From an uncultured Gammaproteobacteria bacterium (lineage in GTDB: Bacteria; Patescibacteriota; Microgenomatia; Daviesbacterales; UBA10151), in contig CAZCNP010000001.1 of NCBI GenBank assembly GCA_964500725.1, forward strand, positions 64,766 through 128,765: DNA of 64,000 bases, in the 5' to 3' direction. The notes under the pieces were generated by a model, which saw nothing but the letters and a program-made list of their open reading frames with translations, made no database searches and had not been told where the DNA came from. Shown here piece after piece: positions 39,350 to 50,312 of this stretch; the first letter of the stretch is position 1; each line of letters starts with the position of its first letter. The position numbers and the translations under genes are program-made.

Positions 39350-39932
39350 TCCGCGGTTAATCCAAATCTCTCAAGAAATCCCTAAGGACCAGATTAATTC
39401 CAAAGGTACTAAAAAAATTATTGATGCAATGCTCAACATTGCTTATGGAGAACAAAAGAAGAAAGATAAACCTATTATGGTAGGACTAGCTGCTCCCCAA
39501 ATAGGTATTTTAAAAAGAATAATTTTAGTGGATACAGCAGCAGATGGCAAAGGACAAGTGGGAGAGTTAAAAGTTTTTATAAACCCAAAAATAACCTGGA
39601 GATCCAAAAGAAAAAGGGAGTGGTATGAAGGATGCTACTCTACAGGCAAAGTTTGTGGCATAGTCTCACGTCCAATTTCTATAAAAATCCAAGCATTGAC
39701 GATCCAGGGCGACACCCTGGAGGCTAGATATACAGGGTATGTAGCCAGAATTTTCCAGCATGAAATTGATCACTTAGATGGAAAAGTATTTATAGATTTA
39801 ATCAAAGATGAAGACAAACTCCACATAGTAGAAAAAGCAGAATTTTCTTTATATAGAGATGAGCAAGCTTGGAGACACTGGCCCAATAAATGCTCTTTCC
39901 AAGAGTGGCACAAAATTAGTAGTATACTCTAA
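39321..39932 (+). CDS. def: peptide deformylase
   Basis: GLAAPQIG, EGCYS and QHEIDHLDG are the three PDF motifs. Confidence 0.85.
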   Translation: MRKNFLKPNDPRLIQISQEIPKDQINSKGTKKIIDAMLNIAYGEQKKKDKPIMVGLAAPQIGILKRIILVDTAADGKGQVGELKVFINPKITWRSKRKREWYEGCYSTGKVCGIVSRPISIKIQALTIQGDTLEARYTGYVARIFQHEIDHLDGKVFIDLIKDEDKLHIVEKAEFSLYRDEQAWRHWPNKCSFQEWHKISSIL

Positions 39933-40263
39933 TTAATGGTTAGACTGTTTCGAAATATTACAATTATCTTCCTTACAGTTATTCTTTGCATACTTGTACT
40001 TTATTTAATGCTTTACCTTTACTCCTCACAAAAATTTCTTCAGTTTAGGTGGTGCGAAAACTGCAACTATAACATGGGTAGAGCAGTAACTGTAAGTTGT
40101 ATAGGTATAAAAATTAAACAAACTGTAGCTTTTAAAAGTTGTCGTAGCTTCCCAATTTAATAGGTTGGGATATACAATTCATTACTTTAAGGCCCTTGCT
40201 TCTGGAAGGCTGAAAAAGGTATAATCAAAGCAGAGCGAAAGCTCTTTTTTAGTTCACTTCTTT

Positions 40264-42708
40264 ATGTCAAACATTGGAAAAGTACAGCCAGCACCTATTA
40301 TAGAAGAGATGCAGAAGTCTTATTTGGACTATGCCATGTCTGTTATTGTTTCAAGAGCTTTACCAGATGTTAGAGATGGATTAAAACCAGTGCAGAGAAG
40401 AATAATCTATGCCATGGCCGAACAAGGCTTGCACCACACAGCCCGTTTCCAAAAATCAGCTGCTGTTGTTGGAGAAGTATTGAAAAATTTCCACCCACAT
40501 GGTGATGCCCCAGTTTATGAGGCTATGGTTAGAATGGCCCAAAACTTTTCCATGAGGTATATGTTAGTTGATGGCCAAGGAAACTTTGGTTCTATAGATG
40601 GAGACAGTCCTGCGGCAATGCGTTATACAGAGGCTAGACTATCAGCTATTGCTGATGAACTCTTAAGAGATATCAATAAAAATACTGTTGAATTTGTAGA
40701 CAACTATTCTGGCACTACCAAAGAACCAGTTTTACTCCCATCAGTTATCCCTAACTTACTGCTTAATGGTGCCTCTGGTATTGCTGTTGGTATGGCCACT
40801 CAGATCCCGCCTCATAATTTAGGAGAAATTTGTGATGCTCTTGCGCATATGATAGAACACCCTGAGGCTACTGTAGAAGACCTCCTGCAATTTGTCAAAG
40901 GCCCTGATTTTCCAACAGGTGCTTCTATATATGATCAAACAGAAATTTTAGCTGCATATGCTACAGGCAAAGGTAGAATAGTAATGAGAGCAAAGGCAGA
41001 AATAGATGAAACCCCACAAGGCAAAATGCAAATTATTGTTTCTGAATTACCATACCAAGTAAACAAAGCCACTTTGATTGCCAGAATTGCTGAGATGGTT
41101 AAAGATAAAAAGCTTGAAGGAATAGCAGACTTGCGGGATGAATCAGACAGAAAACAAATGGTTAGAATTGTATTTGACTTAAAAAGAGATGCTAAACCTC
41201 AATCACTTTTAAATAACCTCTATAAACATACTGCTATGCAGTCTGTATTTAATGTTAATCTTGTAGCTTTGGTTGATGGAGTCCCGCATCTTTTAACTTT
41301 AAAACGCGTCCTAGAAGAATTTATTCACCACAGACAAACAGTTGTTAGAAGAAGGTCGGAATATGAACTGGCTGAAGCAAAAGCACGAGAGCATATTTTA
41401 GAAGGTTTAAAAATTGCTGTTGATAATATAGATGCTGTCATTGAAACAATCAAAAAAAGCAAGGATGCAGATACTGCCAGAGAGAACTTGATAAGCAAGT
41501 TTAAACTTTCAGAACTTCAAGCTGTTGCTATTTTGGATATGCAGCTTCGAAGACTGGCAGCGCTTGAAAGACAAAAGATTGAAGATGAGTTAAAGATGGT
41601 CCGTGAAACCATTACTTATTTGGAAGATTTACTTGCCCATCCTGAGAAAATACTAAAAGTGATCAAAGAAGAGTTAACAAGAATTAAAGAAAGATATGGA
41701 GATGATAGAAAAACCAGAGTTTATAAACAAAAAGTAGGGGAGTTTCCTGAGGAGGATTTAGTACCTAATGAAGTTACTATTGCCACCATTACAGAGGGGG
41801 GTTATATCAAAAGACAATCACCAATGTCTTTTAGAACCCAGCAAAGAGGTGGCAAAGGGGTAATGGGTATATCTACCAAAGAAACAGATGCTGTTTCTCA
41901 TATTTTCTATACTCAAACACACGACAGCATTTTATTCTTTACAGACAAGGGAAGAGTTTTTCAAATTAAAGTTTGGGAAATTCCAGAAACTCAAAGAGCT
42001 GCCAAAGGCCAGGCTATAGTAAATCTAATTAATGTTGAACAAGGTGAAAAAGTTACAGCAGTTTTGACTACCCGCCAAAAAGGAGAAAGCGCCCAGTTCT
42101 TCTTTATGTGCACCTGCAAAGGAACAGTTAAAAAAACTGCTATTTCAGAATATACCAATATTAGAAAAAGCGGTTTGGTAGCAATCAAGTTAGATACTGG
42201 TGATGAGTTAGGCTGGGTAGCTGCCACCTCAGGCAAAGATGATTTAATTATTGTAGCAAGGTCAGGCAAATCAATCCGTTTCTCAGAATCTCAGGTCAAA
42301 CCTACTCATAGAGATACATCTGGTGTTAGAGGAATAAGATTAGGAAAAGATGATGAGGTGGTTTCCTTAAATCTGATTCAAAACAATGATGATAAATTGC
42401 TGGTAATTATGGAAAATGGACTGGGCAAAAAAACACCTTTCTCAGCCTGGAGCAAACAGGGCAGGGGAGGACAGGGAGTTAAAGCAGCACAAGTTACCTC
42501 CAAAACTGGACCAATTGTTACAGCTGCAGCAGTAGATGGAACAATGGATACTTTAGTGTTAACCTCTACCAAAGGACAGCTAATCAAGATGAATCTGGAA
42601 GAGGTGCCTACTTTGCAACGCCAAACCCAGGGTGTAATTTTAATGAGAGTCAGACCTGGGGAAAAAGTAGCAGCAGCAACAGTAGTTTCATCAAAAGAGA
42701 AAACCTAA
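40264..42708 (+). CDS. gyrA: DNA gyrase subunit A
   Basis: Active-site region [10 protein letters not shown] and six C-terminal beta-pinwheel blades. Confidence 0.95.
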   Translation: MSNIGKVQPAPIIEEMQKSYLDYAMSVIVSRALPDVRDGLKPVQRRIIYAMAEQGLHHTARFQKSAAVVGEVLKNFHPHGDAPVYEAMVRMAQNFSMRYMLVDGQGNFGSIDGDSPAAMRYTEARLSAIADELLRDINKNTVEFVDNYSGTTKEPVLLPSVIPNLLLNGASGIAVGMATQIPPHNLGEICDALAHMIEHPEATVEDLLQFVKGPDFPTGASIYDQTEILAAYATGKGRIVMRAKAEIDETPQGKMQIIVSELPYQVNKATLIARIAEMVKDKKLEGIADLRDESDRKQMVRIVFDLKRDAKPQSLLNNLYKHTAMQSVFNVNLVALVDGVPHLLTLKRVLEEFIHHRQTVVRRRSEYELAEAKAREHILEGLKIAVDNIDAVIETIKKSKDADTARENLISKFKLSELQAVAILDMQLRRLAALERQKIEDELKMVRETITYLEDLLAHPEKILKVIKEELTRIKERYGDDRKTRVYKQKVGEFPEEDLVPNEVTIATITEGGYIKRQSPMSFRTQQRGGKGVMGISTKETDAVSHIFYTQTHDSILFFTDKGRVFQIKVWEIPETQRAAKGQAIVNLINVEQGEKVTAVLTTRQKGESAQFFFMCTCKGTVKKTAISEYTNIRKSGLVAIKLDTGDELGWVAATSGKDDLIIVARSGKSIRFSESQVKPTHRDTSGVRGIRLGKDDEVVSLNLIQNNDDKLLVIMENGLGKKTPFSAWSKQGRGGQGVKAAQVTSKTGPIVTAAAVDGTMDTLVLTSTKGQLIKMNLEEVPTLQRQTQGVILMRVRPGEKVAAATVVSSKEKT

Positions 42709-42918
42709 ATGGGCAAAGAAAAACTGCTTTCAACTATAGCTATCATTTATTTTATGTTGGGGTTTGTGTTTGCTGTTAGTTTTGCACTTTATTACCGCTG
42801 GTCAGCTTATTCTTTTTTATCCCCAGGGTTTTATAGTGTGATTTTTACCTGGCCATTTCAGCTTATTGGCTTTGCAAGCGATTTCCTCAACTATGGCCTC
42901 GCAGGAAAACCTATATAA
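42709..42918 (+). CDS. small two-TM membrane protein (hypothetical)
   Basis: Hydrophobic 69-aa ORF starting at the gyrA stop. Confidence 0.3.
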   Translation: MGKEKLLSTIAIIYFMLGFVFAVSFALYYRWSAYSFLSPGFYSVIFTWPFQLIGFASDFLNYGLAGKPI

Positions 42919-42970
42919 TTTATACAACTTTCTGATATAATCATTCCTCTAATAAAGATATAAATGAAAT

Positions 42971-44728
42971 ATGGTTGCAGAACTTGAACGTATAGATACC
43001 ACAATACAAGGAACAACTAATACTATCGGCGAGAGACCGTCAATTGATCCTAATACCTCACCTCCCTGGTGGTTTAGATTTCCAACTCTAATTGTAAACA
43101 GCAATCTCCATATTATTGACCAAGGCAGAAAAACAAATCATACAGAAGCAGCTCAAGTTTTCGACGCTGCCCGACCTATGTTGGAAACAATAGCAAGAGA
43201 ATTTGAAAGAGCAGGATGCAGCACTATTACAGTTTCACATAATGAAGAAGTACCTATCACCACAAACGGATCCCATGATAACCCTGCCTACTCAATCACT
43301 ATTAATCCAGTATATCTAGGATCTTTACCCAAACAAGTTGAGATAGCCCTAGCAGATTACAGACTTCATCCTGATGATCCTCGTTTATTAAAAGCCTTAA
43401 AAAAATACCTTCCTGAAGAAAAAACACCTTTATTGGCAGGCATAGGAAACAGATTATTACGAATACTCCAGCGACGCAAGGATCCAGAAGAGAAAAAACA
43501 AGAATCGGAAAAGAACTTCGTCAATATGATTTTTATCAGGGATGACAACGGCGCAATCGCAGCTGCCCCTGACCGCGCAAAACAGTTATTTAATTGGACA
43601 TTAATGGCCAAAGTAGGAGCTTTTAAAGAAACTATTACTGCATTTAAAGAAGCCGGCGGCGAAATCGAGTTTAGCAATCATATTTTAGCAACCCTAGAAG
43701 GTGGCCACCCATTTTTAGAATCTATTGATCTAGCACAACATTTAATGGTAGTTGGTTCCACTAAAAGCGTTGGGAGTGCTGAAGTAATAGAAAACGTTGA
43801 CCCCATATCGAGGCGACTTTGGAGAAACTCACCCGTAGTTAATGGTCTTCGGGAGCTAGGGAAATTTCTGGGCCGCAGAGATTTATTATCACCTCCACTA
43901 GCTTTTCATCAAATGGTACGCAGTAGACTCCTTCAACGAAAATTAAAAAAAATTGCAAAATTTGCGCGTCAAGCTGAAGGAGCTTTTTGGGGATTTTATC
44001 CAAAACAGAAAATGGTAGAATCAGCAACAGCTCTTATGGATCCTCCGCTGACTGGAGTTGCCATAGTTACCTCATCTGGAAAATTTGGCGCTATCAAAAC
44101 TAAACTTGGATTTAAAGATATAGTTACTTCAATACCCGCAAGAAAGAAACATCCTACAGATGAATCAAAAATTGTCTATTTACCTGTTCAGGGACAAGAG
44201 GTTAGAAAGCCTTCCGTAGAAGCAGAAGAATTTACCTGGCCAGTCTACGAACTTGCCTCAGAAAACCCTGAGACATACACCGTAAGACTTCAAGAAACTA
44301 AAGACGGGTATATAAAATCCTCTGAGGGAGATATCACAGCCCCAGTTGTAAAAGGTGTAGCGCACTTACACGATAAAGCAATTATTAAAGAAGGAGTTGA
44401 TGATATTTTTGAGGTAGATACTTCAGAATTTCCAGCTTTTGGTTGTGGGGTGGATTTAATGCAAGAAATGAGCAGGAGAGTGATGAAAAAAGCAATCGAT
44501 ACATGGATCAAACGAGGAAGAAAAGACAAAGCAGCTATCTTTTATGTTCCAAATCATGGTTATAATATAATGACTTTCTGGAAAGAAGACAAAAATGGCA
44601 TCATTCCAGAAGATCCATTTGCGTTGCTTAAAGAAGCGGTAGAAAAAGGTGAATTAATAATCACAAGAGAAGTGCCTCAACGTCATTACTACCGACCACT
44701 GGACGATTATTATGCTAAAACAGCCTAG
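42971..44728 (+). CDS. hypothetical 585-aa protein with visibly higher GC and CGN-rich codon usage than its neighbours
   Basis: Long intact ORF with no recognisable motifs; composition is atypical for this genome. Confidence 0.6.
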   Translation: MVAELERIDTTIQGTTNTIGERPSIDPNTSPPWWFRFPTLIVNSNLHIIDQGRKTNHTEAAQVFDAARPMLETIAREFERAGCSTITVSHNEEVPITTNGSHDNPAYSITINPVYLGSLPKQVEIALADYRLHPDDPRLLKALKKYLPEEKTPLLAGIGNRLLRILQRRKDPEEKKQESEKNFVNMIFIRDDNGAIAAAPDRAKQLFNWTLMAKVGAFKETITAFKEAGGEIEFSNHILATLEGGHPFLESIDLAQHLMVVGSTKSVGSAEVIENVDPISRRLWRNSPVVNGLRELGKFLGRRDLLSPPLAFHQMVRSRLLQRKLKKIAKFARQAEGAFWGFYPKQKMVESATALMDPPLTGVAIVTSSGKFGAIKTKLGFKDIVTSIPARKKHPTDESKIVYLPVQGQEVRKPSVEAEEFTWPVYELASENPETYTVRLQETKDGYIKSSEGDITAPVVKGVAHLHDKAIIKEGVDDIFEVDTSEFPAFGCGVDLMQEMSRRVMKKAIDTWIKRGRKDKAAIFYVPNHGYNIMTFWKEDKNGIIPEDPFALLKEAVEKGELIITREVPQRHYYRPLDDYYAKTA

Positions 44729-44730
44729 TT

Positions 44731-45006
44731 TTATTTACTTCCTAGAAACTTTTGAACTGCATCATTTAGGTAATTTGATAACCTGGCTATAATAAAAGCA
44801 GATAAAAGGAAATCCCAAAAAGGATTTAAAATTTCTGTTCCTAAAAAAATATTAAATAAACTTACCTGGTAACCAAAAGTTAAAAGAATTGCTATTGCTA
44901 AAGAAAGCAGGGGAATATAAGGCTTTAACTGCCTAACACTTCCCAACAAATATTCAATAATAGCCTCATTTAGAGTAACAAAGATAAAAATTACAAACCA
45001 GTTCAT
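44731..45006 (-). CDS. small membrane protein (hypothetical)
   Basis: Three predicted TM helices. Confidence 0.35.
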   Translation of the reverse strand: MNWFVIFIFVTLNEAIIEYLLGSVRQLKPYIPLLSLAIAILLTFGYQVSLFNIFLGTEILNPFWDFLLSAFIIARLSNYLNDAVQKFLGSK

Positions 45007-45290
45007 TTAGATTGGGCAGGAAGAGCAATTAGCAGTTTGTACAGGTTAATCAAAGCTCCCACTATTGTCAAGGTTTCATCTTGTTTGTGTTCATTCAAAT
45101 CCTCTTGAGTGGATTGTGTTAGTCTCATCTGTAGATCAGTAATTTCTTTATCTTTTTCTAATATAGCCTCTTGCAAACTTATCACCTGCTGGTTTAAAGA
45201 AGCCAAGGTTGTCTGGAAATTTTCAATCTGATCCTGAAAAAAGGCATTAGAGGTAGTAGATTGTGGAGTATTAAAGATTATTTCAGACAT
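45003..45290 (-). CDS. small coiled-coil protein (hypothetical)
   Basis: Heptad-like coiled coil; overlaps the neighbouring gene. Confidence 0.35.
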   Translation of the reverse strand: MSEIIFNTPQSTTSNAFFQDQIENFQTTLASLNQQVISLQEAILEKDKEITDLQMRLTQSTQEDLNEHKQDETLTIVGALINLYKLLIALPAQSK

Positions 45291-45338
45291 TAATATTGAG
45301 CAGGATGAAGCTAATATACCTAAAGCAGTCTCAGCTTG

Positions 45339-47651
45339 TCAAATCTTAAAAAGCATCTGCAGTGGAGGATAAGTCAAAATCAAAAGCTGCATCACTAAAA
45401 CAAAGACAACTGAGGCAAACAATTTTTTATTGGAAAGTATTGAATGATGCCTTCTAATAATAAATGGCAGAGTCATCTGAAAAACTACCATTGCAGTAAA
45501 AGTAGCATTTCTGGCTGTTTGTAACCCAAAATTAGAAAGAAGGTAGTAAAAGATCCCTAAACAGAAAACTGCAATAATACCACCAACAGCAATTACATAT
45601 CTGAGCATATTTGGTCCCAGCAGATTGGAGTCTTTTCTGGGAGGATTTTTCATCACATGCTTTGAAGGACTATCAAATCCTAAGCTTAATGCTGGCAATC
45701 CATCTGTGACAAAATTTATCCAAAGAATCTGGGCAGGCAGCAGGGGAGTAGGAAAGCCTAAAACAACAGCAAAAACTATTAGTAATGTTTCTGATAAATT
45801 CCCTGTCAGCAAAAATTTCACCACTTTTAAAATATTGCTATAAATTAACCTACCTTGCTCAATGGCTGTAACCAGAGTAGCAAAGTTATCATCCAGCAAA
45901 ATAATATCTGATGCCTCCTTGGAAACATCTGTGCCAATTTTGCCCATAGAAACACCAACTTCAGCCTGTTTTAAAGCCAACACGTCATTAACCCCATCAC
46001 CTGTAACTGCCACCACCTCTCCTAGTCTTTGCAAAGTCTGGACAATCCTTAATTTTTCCTGGGGAGTAATTCTGGCAAAGATTTTGACCTTGTTAATCCT
46101 TTTTTGCAGCTGTTCATCACTAAGTTCTTGCAGCTGAACTCCAGTTAACACCTCATCTCCTAATTTTAACAGCCCCAAATCTTCACCAATTGCCTTGGCT
46201 GTCAACTCATTGTCACCTGTCACCATTATCACCTCAATGCCAGCATCCTTGGCTACTCTGATAGCTTCCTTAGCTTCTGGACGCACCTCATCTGCAATGC
46301 CCGCCAAACCTAAAAACTGCCCATCCTTGGAAAAGGCTAAAGTCCGAAGACCTTTTTTGGCCATTTTTTGATACTCTAAGTCCCATTTTTCTTTTTCCTT
46401 TTCAGATAAACGGCAGTCAGCGATTAAGACTTCAGGCGCGCCTTTGGTAAAGGCAGTTTTTTGGCTGCCTTCCTGCCAAACAACTGTCATTTTTCTGCTC
46501 TTTAGATCAAAAGGAATTTCTTCAACAAGTTTTCCCTCAGCTCTTTCCAAATCAATATCCAACCCTTTATCTTTTGCCCAAAGCAATAAAGCACCTTCAG
46601 TAGTATCACCCAAAATATCAAAGCTGCCCCCGTCTTCTTTTAATACTAGGGAAGCGCTATTGCAAAGCACTGCGCATTTTAGAAGCTCATTTTCCTTGCG
46701 ATCTTTAATGCTAACTTCTTTTACTCTCATTTCATTTTTGGTCAAAGTACCTGTTTTATCAGTAACAATTACTGTAGCTGCGCCCAACGACTCAACAGCA
46801 ATCATTTTTCTGACTAAGGCTTTTTTGTGGTACATTCTTCTAACTCCCAATGCCAAAACTAGTGTCAGTACTGTAGGCAATCCCTCAGGCACAATTGCAA
46901 CCATTAAAGCAATGCTGCCTAAAAGCACCTGGGTAATTTCAAAGCCTTGAAAAACCCGTAGAGCAAAAACCACAGCAGAGATGCCAAGCGCTCCGATACC
47001 AATCCCGCGGCTTAAAGTTTCCAGGGCTTTTTCTAGAGGAGTTTGTTCGTCCTCTATTTGAGTTAAATCCTGGGCAATAGTCCCAAACTTTGTTTTTAAT
47101 CCTGTTTGGGTAACTAAAATCTTAGCCCGGCCGGAAACTACAGTAGTACCAAAGAAAACTAAATTCTCGCTTTGCTTGCTGGTCTTGGCAACAGGCAGGG
47201 ACTCGCCAGTCAAAACCGACTCATTAACCTGCAGCAGGTAGCTTTCTATAATTTGCCCGTCTGCTGGAACTTTATCACCAGATTCTAAAATCACCACATC
47301 TTCTGGAACAAGATGAGTTGATTGAATTTCAACTTCTTTACCATCCCTTAGGACTCTGGCAAATTCAACTTCAAATTTCTTCAATGCTTCCAGCTCTTTT
47401 GAGGCTTTGTATTCCTGCCAAAAACCTAAAACGATATTTAAAAGCAAAATTGCAGCAATTAAAAATACATCTATAAAATCCCCAACAACCAAAGAAAGTA
47501 CCACTGCTCCAAAAAGCAAAAAAGCAAAAGGATTTTTAATTTGCCTGAGAAACACTTTAAAAGCAGAAATCCTATTCTTTTGAGGAAGGGTATTTAAACC
47601 ATATTTTATTAAAGCCTCTTGAGCTTTTGCGGAAGTAAGTCCTAATATCAT
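45339..47651 (-). CDS. P-type cation-transporting ATPase (type IIA, Ca2+-ATPase-like)
   Basis: DKTGTLT, KGAPE, VTGDNELTAKAIG, GDGVNDVLALKQAEVGVSMG. Confidence 0.9.
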   Translation of the reverse strand: MILGLTSAKAQEALIKYGLNTLPQKNRISAFKVFLRQIKNPFAFLLFGAVVLSLVVGDFIDVFLIAAILLLNIVLGFWQEYKASKELEALKKFEVEFARVLRDGKEVEIQSTHLVPEDVVILESGDKVPADGQIIESYLLQVNESVLTGESLPVAKTSKQSENLVFFGTTVVSGRAKILVTQTGLKTKFGTIAQDLTQIEDEQTPLEKALETLSRGIGIGALGISAVVFALRVFQGFEITQVLLGSIALMVAIVPEGLPTVLTLVLALGVRRMYHKKALVRKMIAVESLGAATVIVTDKTGTLTKNEMRVKEVSIKDRKENELLKCAVLCNSASLVLKEDGGSFDILGDTTEGALLLWAKDKGLDIDLERAEGKLVEEIPFDLKSRKMTVVWQEGSQKTAFTKGAPEVLIADCRLSEKEKEKWDLEYQKMAKKGLRTLAFSKDGQFLGLAGIADEVRPEAKEAIRVAKDAGIEVIMVTGDNELTAKAIGEDLGLLKLGDEVLTGVQLQELSDEQLQKRINKVKIFARITPQEKLRIVQTLQRLGEVVAVTGDGVNDVLALKQAEVGVSMGKIGTDVSKEASDIILLDDNFATLVTAIEQGRLIYSNILKVVKFLLTGNLSETLLIVFAVVLGFPTPLLPAQILWINFVTDGLPALSLGFDSPSKHVMKNPPRKDSNLLGPNMLRYVIAVGGIIAVFCLGIFYYLLSNFGLQTARNATFTAMVVFQMTLPFIIRRHHSILSNKKLFASVVFVLVMQLLILTYPPLQMLFKI

Positions 47652-48202
47652 TTTAATAAACTAACAGGCATAACGATTAAAAGTATACCTGCAGTATTTA
47701 ATACGTAAGTTACAATTGCTATTTGGTAATATTTTAACTTAGAAATTCCAAGCATCACCAAACCCAACTCGTCTGGCAGGGGAGAGGCTACAATTAGCGC
47801 TCCTACTACTGGAGTAAGAAAAGTTAGTTTCCATTTTATGAGAAAATAATTAATTTTTTCAAACCGTAATTGATGGGATACTAAATTAATCTCAGAAGAG
47901 ATTCCTTCTCTAAAGAATTTAATAATTATTATATCTGCTAAAGCTGAACCAAATCCTGCCAGCAAAGCTAAACTAAAAGGGTTATTACTCTTGGCCAGCA
48001 CAACAAGCATTGCAAGTGAAATCGGAGAAGTTAAAAATGAAGTATAAAACATTCCGGCAATAAATTCTGCAACAAACTTCAATGGCAAAATTGTTCCCAC
48101 CAAATTATTTAGCAAACCGTTTCTAATAAGATACCAGGAAACAATCACACTGATAGTAAAGATTGTAGTTTTTACAATGAATCTTCTTCGACTTGAGTCC
48201 AC
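47648..48202 (-). CDS. membrane protein (DedA/VTT-like?)
   Basis: Four or five TM helices; overlaps the ATPase gene start. Confidence 0.35.
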   Translation of the reverse strand: MDSSRRRFIVKTTIFTISVIVSWYLIRNGLLNNLVGTILPLKFVAEFIAGMFYTSFLTSPISLAMLVVLAKSNNPFSLALLAGFGSALADIIIIKFFREGISSEINLVSHQLRFEKINYFLIKWKLTFLTPVVGALIVASPLPDELGLVMLGISKLKYYQIAIVTYVLNTAGILLIVMPVSLLK

Positions 48203-48223
48203 TACTTTAGTGTATCAAAAATA

Positions 48224-48643
48224 TTGACATTAAAGAATAACTACTACATGATAGTATTAAGACAACAAAAAAAGGAGGTGATAGTTTTGCAAATCTTAAT
48301 AGCTTTAGTATTAAATACAGTAGCGCTGCTTATAACAGCCTATATTGTTCCAGGATTTCAAGTCCAAAATTTTACCACAGCTTTACTTGCTGCTATTGTT
48401 TTAGGGGTAGTTAATACCTTTATTAAACCAATTCTACACTTTATCACAGCGCCATTATCACTGATTACATTAGGACTATTTGCTTTTGTGGTAAATGCTG
48501 TAGTTTTATTTATAGTAGCTTCTATAGTTAAAGGGCTAACAATTGATGGCTGGCTTCCAGCAATACTGGGAGGTATAGTCTTATCAGTTGTTTCTACGCT
48601 GTTAAATGCAGTCTTGAAAGACTTGGGTAAATTGGGGAAGTAA
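48224..48643 (+). CDS. DUF360-family ('phage holin family') four-TM membrane protein
   Basis: LLITAYIVPGFQV...LLAAIVLGVVNTFIKPIL...LGLFAFVVNAVVL pattern. Confidence 0.55.
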   Translation: MTLKNNYYMIVLRQQKKEVIVLQILIALVLNTVALLITAYIVPGFQVQNFTTALLAAIVLGVVNTFIKPILHFITAPLSLITLGLFAFVVNAVVLFIVASIVKGLTIDGWLPAILGGIVLSVVSTLLNAVLKDLGKLGK

Positions 48644-48645
48644 TA

Positions 48646-49569
48646 TTAGTCTTTACTATTACCTGAATGAAATGCTTTATGCGCATCTTTTAAATGGGCA
48701 TTGGTAACATGAGTATAAATTTGGGTGGTTGAGATATTGGAATGTCCCAACATTTCTTGCACAGACCTAATATCAGCTCCATTTATTAACAAATCTGTGG
48801 CAAAAGAATGCCTTAAACTATGAGGAGTTGCCTTAACTGAAAACCCTAAGGCTTTAACATATTTTTCTACAACTCTTTCAATAGATCTGGTAGTAAGCCT
48901 CATTGACTCACCTCCATTTTCAGGATTTACTTTTCCTTGAAATCTAATAAATAAAGGCTTAAAAGTGTCTTTACGGGCATATAAATAAGTCTCTATGGCT
49001 GAAGCTGCAGAATCTGAAATAAAAACCACTCTTTCTTTACCCCCCTTACCAACTATGCCAAACTCTTTTCTTTGTAAATTAATAGTATCTCTATTTAGGC
49101 AAGCCAATTCTGATACCCTAAGTCCTGTTGAAAATAGAGTTTCCAAAATAGCTTTATCACGCAATCCATCTTTTTTTGTTACATCTGGAGCCTCCAATAA
49201 AGATTTTAATTGTGACTCATCCAGCACCTTCAAAGGTGCTGGATCTGTTTCTCCCAGCTCAACTTTTTCAGGGGATAGAGTAGAGACATCAATCCTTGCC
49301 AGGTATCTTAAAAATGCCCGCAGAGCTATCATAAAATAATTTTGAGTGATTCTTTTTAAAGGTTTACCCGTTTGCGGATCCGTCCATCTAGACAGGTAAA
49401 GCCTGTATTTTCTAATTAGATTTAAATCTATATTCCTAGGGTCTATATCCCCAGCAAATTCTAAAAATCTTTTAAGATAATGATCGTAATTTCTAATAGT
49501 GAGCTGGGAAGCGTTTCTTTCCAGCTCAAGATATTCTAGAAAGTCTGTAATTAAGGCAGCAAGGGTCAT
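48646..49569 (-). CDS. tyrosine recombinase (XerC/XerD-like)
   Basis: C-terminal HSLRHSFATDLLINGADIRSVQEMLGHSNISTTQIYTHV with catalytic R..H..R..Y. Confidence 0.8.
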   Translation of the reverse strand: MTLAALITDFLEYLELERNASQLTIRNYDHYLKRFLEFAGDIDPRNIDLNLIRKYRLYLSRWTDPQTGKPLKRITQNYFMIALRAFLRYLARIDVSTLSPEKVELGETDPAPLKVLDESQLKSLLEAPDVTKKDGLRDKAILETLFSTGLRVSELACLNRDTINLQRKEFGIVGKGGKERVVFISDSAASAIETYLYARKDTFKPLFIRFQGKVNPENGGESMRLTTRSIERVVEKYVKALGFSVKATPHSLRHSFATDLLINGADIRSVQEMLGHSNISTTQIYTHVTNAHLKDAHKAFHSGNSKD

Positions 49570-50312
49570 AACAAAGCAAGTCCCAAAATCCCCAAAACTG
49601 TTAATACCCCTCCGACAATAGCCAGGTTAAAAGTTAACCCTTCCAAACCTGCAGGTGGAAGTGTTGCTACAGGTTGTTTTGTTTCAGTAGGCCTGACAAT
49701 TGATTTAGGCTGGGCTGAATCTGTACCAACTGAACCTCTGCCTGCAGGCAGAGGGTTGGTACTACCTCCTGGTGCAGGTGAGACTTGAGCGCAACTCCCT
49801 GATCCTATAGTATAACTCCCGTCAACTACTGAGTTTAAGACATCTACAACTGTCCCTCTTTGCACTACATTAGAATCAGTGGTTTTGGCTTTATCATTAG
49901 GGTCAAAGTCGAACTTGATTTGAGTTACCCCGGCAGGAGCAGTGGGTACTACTGTAAATTGGACAGTAATCAGGGTGCCTTTGCCGGAAAAGGGTGTTGA
50001 GACAGAAGCTAAACCTGAAACAGTAATTTTACCACTTGAGGCATCAATGTTGTTGCCAGGATAATCTGGATAAATTGTCCCTTTGGTAATAGAAGTGGCA
50101 GTAAACCTGGAGGTATCATAAAGCAGGATAGCATCAGCTCCATCTGTTTCTGTTCCACCGCTGTCAAGATCAATATTTAAAGAAAAACTACAACTTTGGT
50201 TAAAAGTGCCACTGGCTGGGTTTAAGGATAAAGTAGCTGTCTGGGCAAAAACTGAGGAAGGGAGTATAACAATTATAACGGTTATCGTGATTATAAAAAT
50301 AATATTCTTCAT
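49566..50312 (-). CDS. secreted cohesin-like domain protein with a C-terminal hydrophobic anchor
   Basis: Signal peptide, beta-sandwich-like ...GKGTLITVQFTVVP...IKFDF..., C-terminal TM segment. Confidence 0.45.
   Translation of the reverse strand: MKNIIFIITITVIIVILPSSVFAQTATLSLNPASGTFNQSCSFSLNIDLDSGGTETDGADAILLYDTSRFTATSITKGTIYPDYPGNNIDASSGKITVSGLASVSTPFSGKGTLITVQFTVVPTAPAGVTQIKFDFDPNDKAKTTDSNVVQRGTVVDVLNSVVDGSYTIGSGSCAQVSPAPGGSTNPLPAGRGSVGTDSAQPKSIVRPTETKQPVATLPPAGLEGLTFNLAIVGGVLTVLGILGLALL

Noticed and set aside
39936-40160. 74-aa ORF between def and gyrA
   Set aside because: It has no supporting features. It may be real, but it could equally be leader or regulatory sequence of gyrA, so it is not reported as a feature.
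45625-46950. Plus-strand ORFs (72, 91 and 168 aa) opposite the P-type ATPase
   Set aside because: They are nested antisense to a well-supported P-type ATPase gene and have no motifs.
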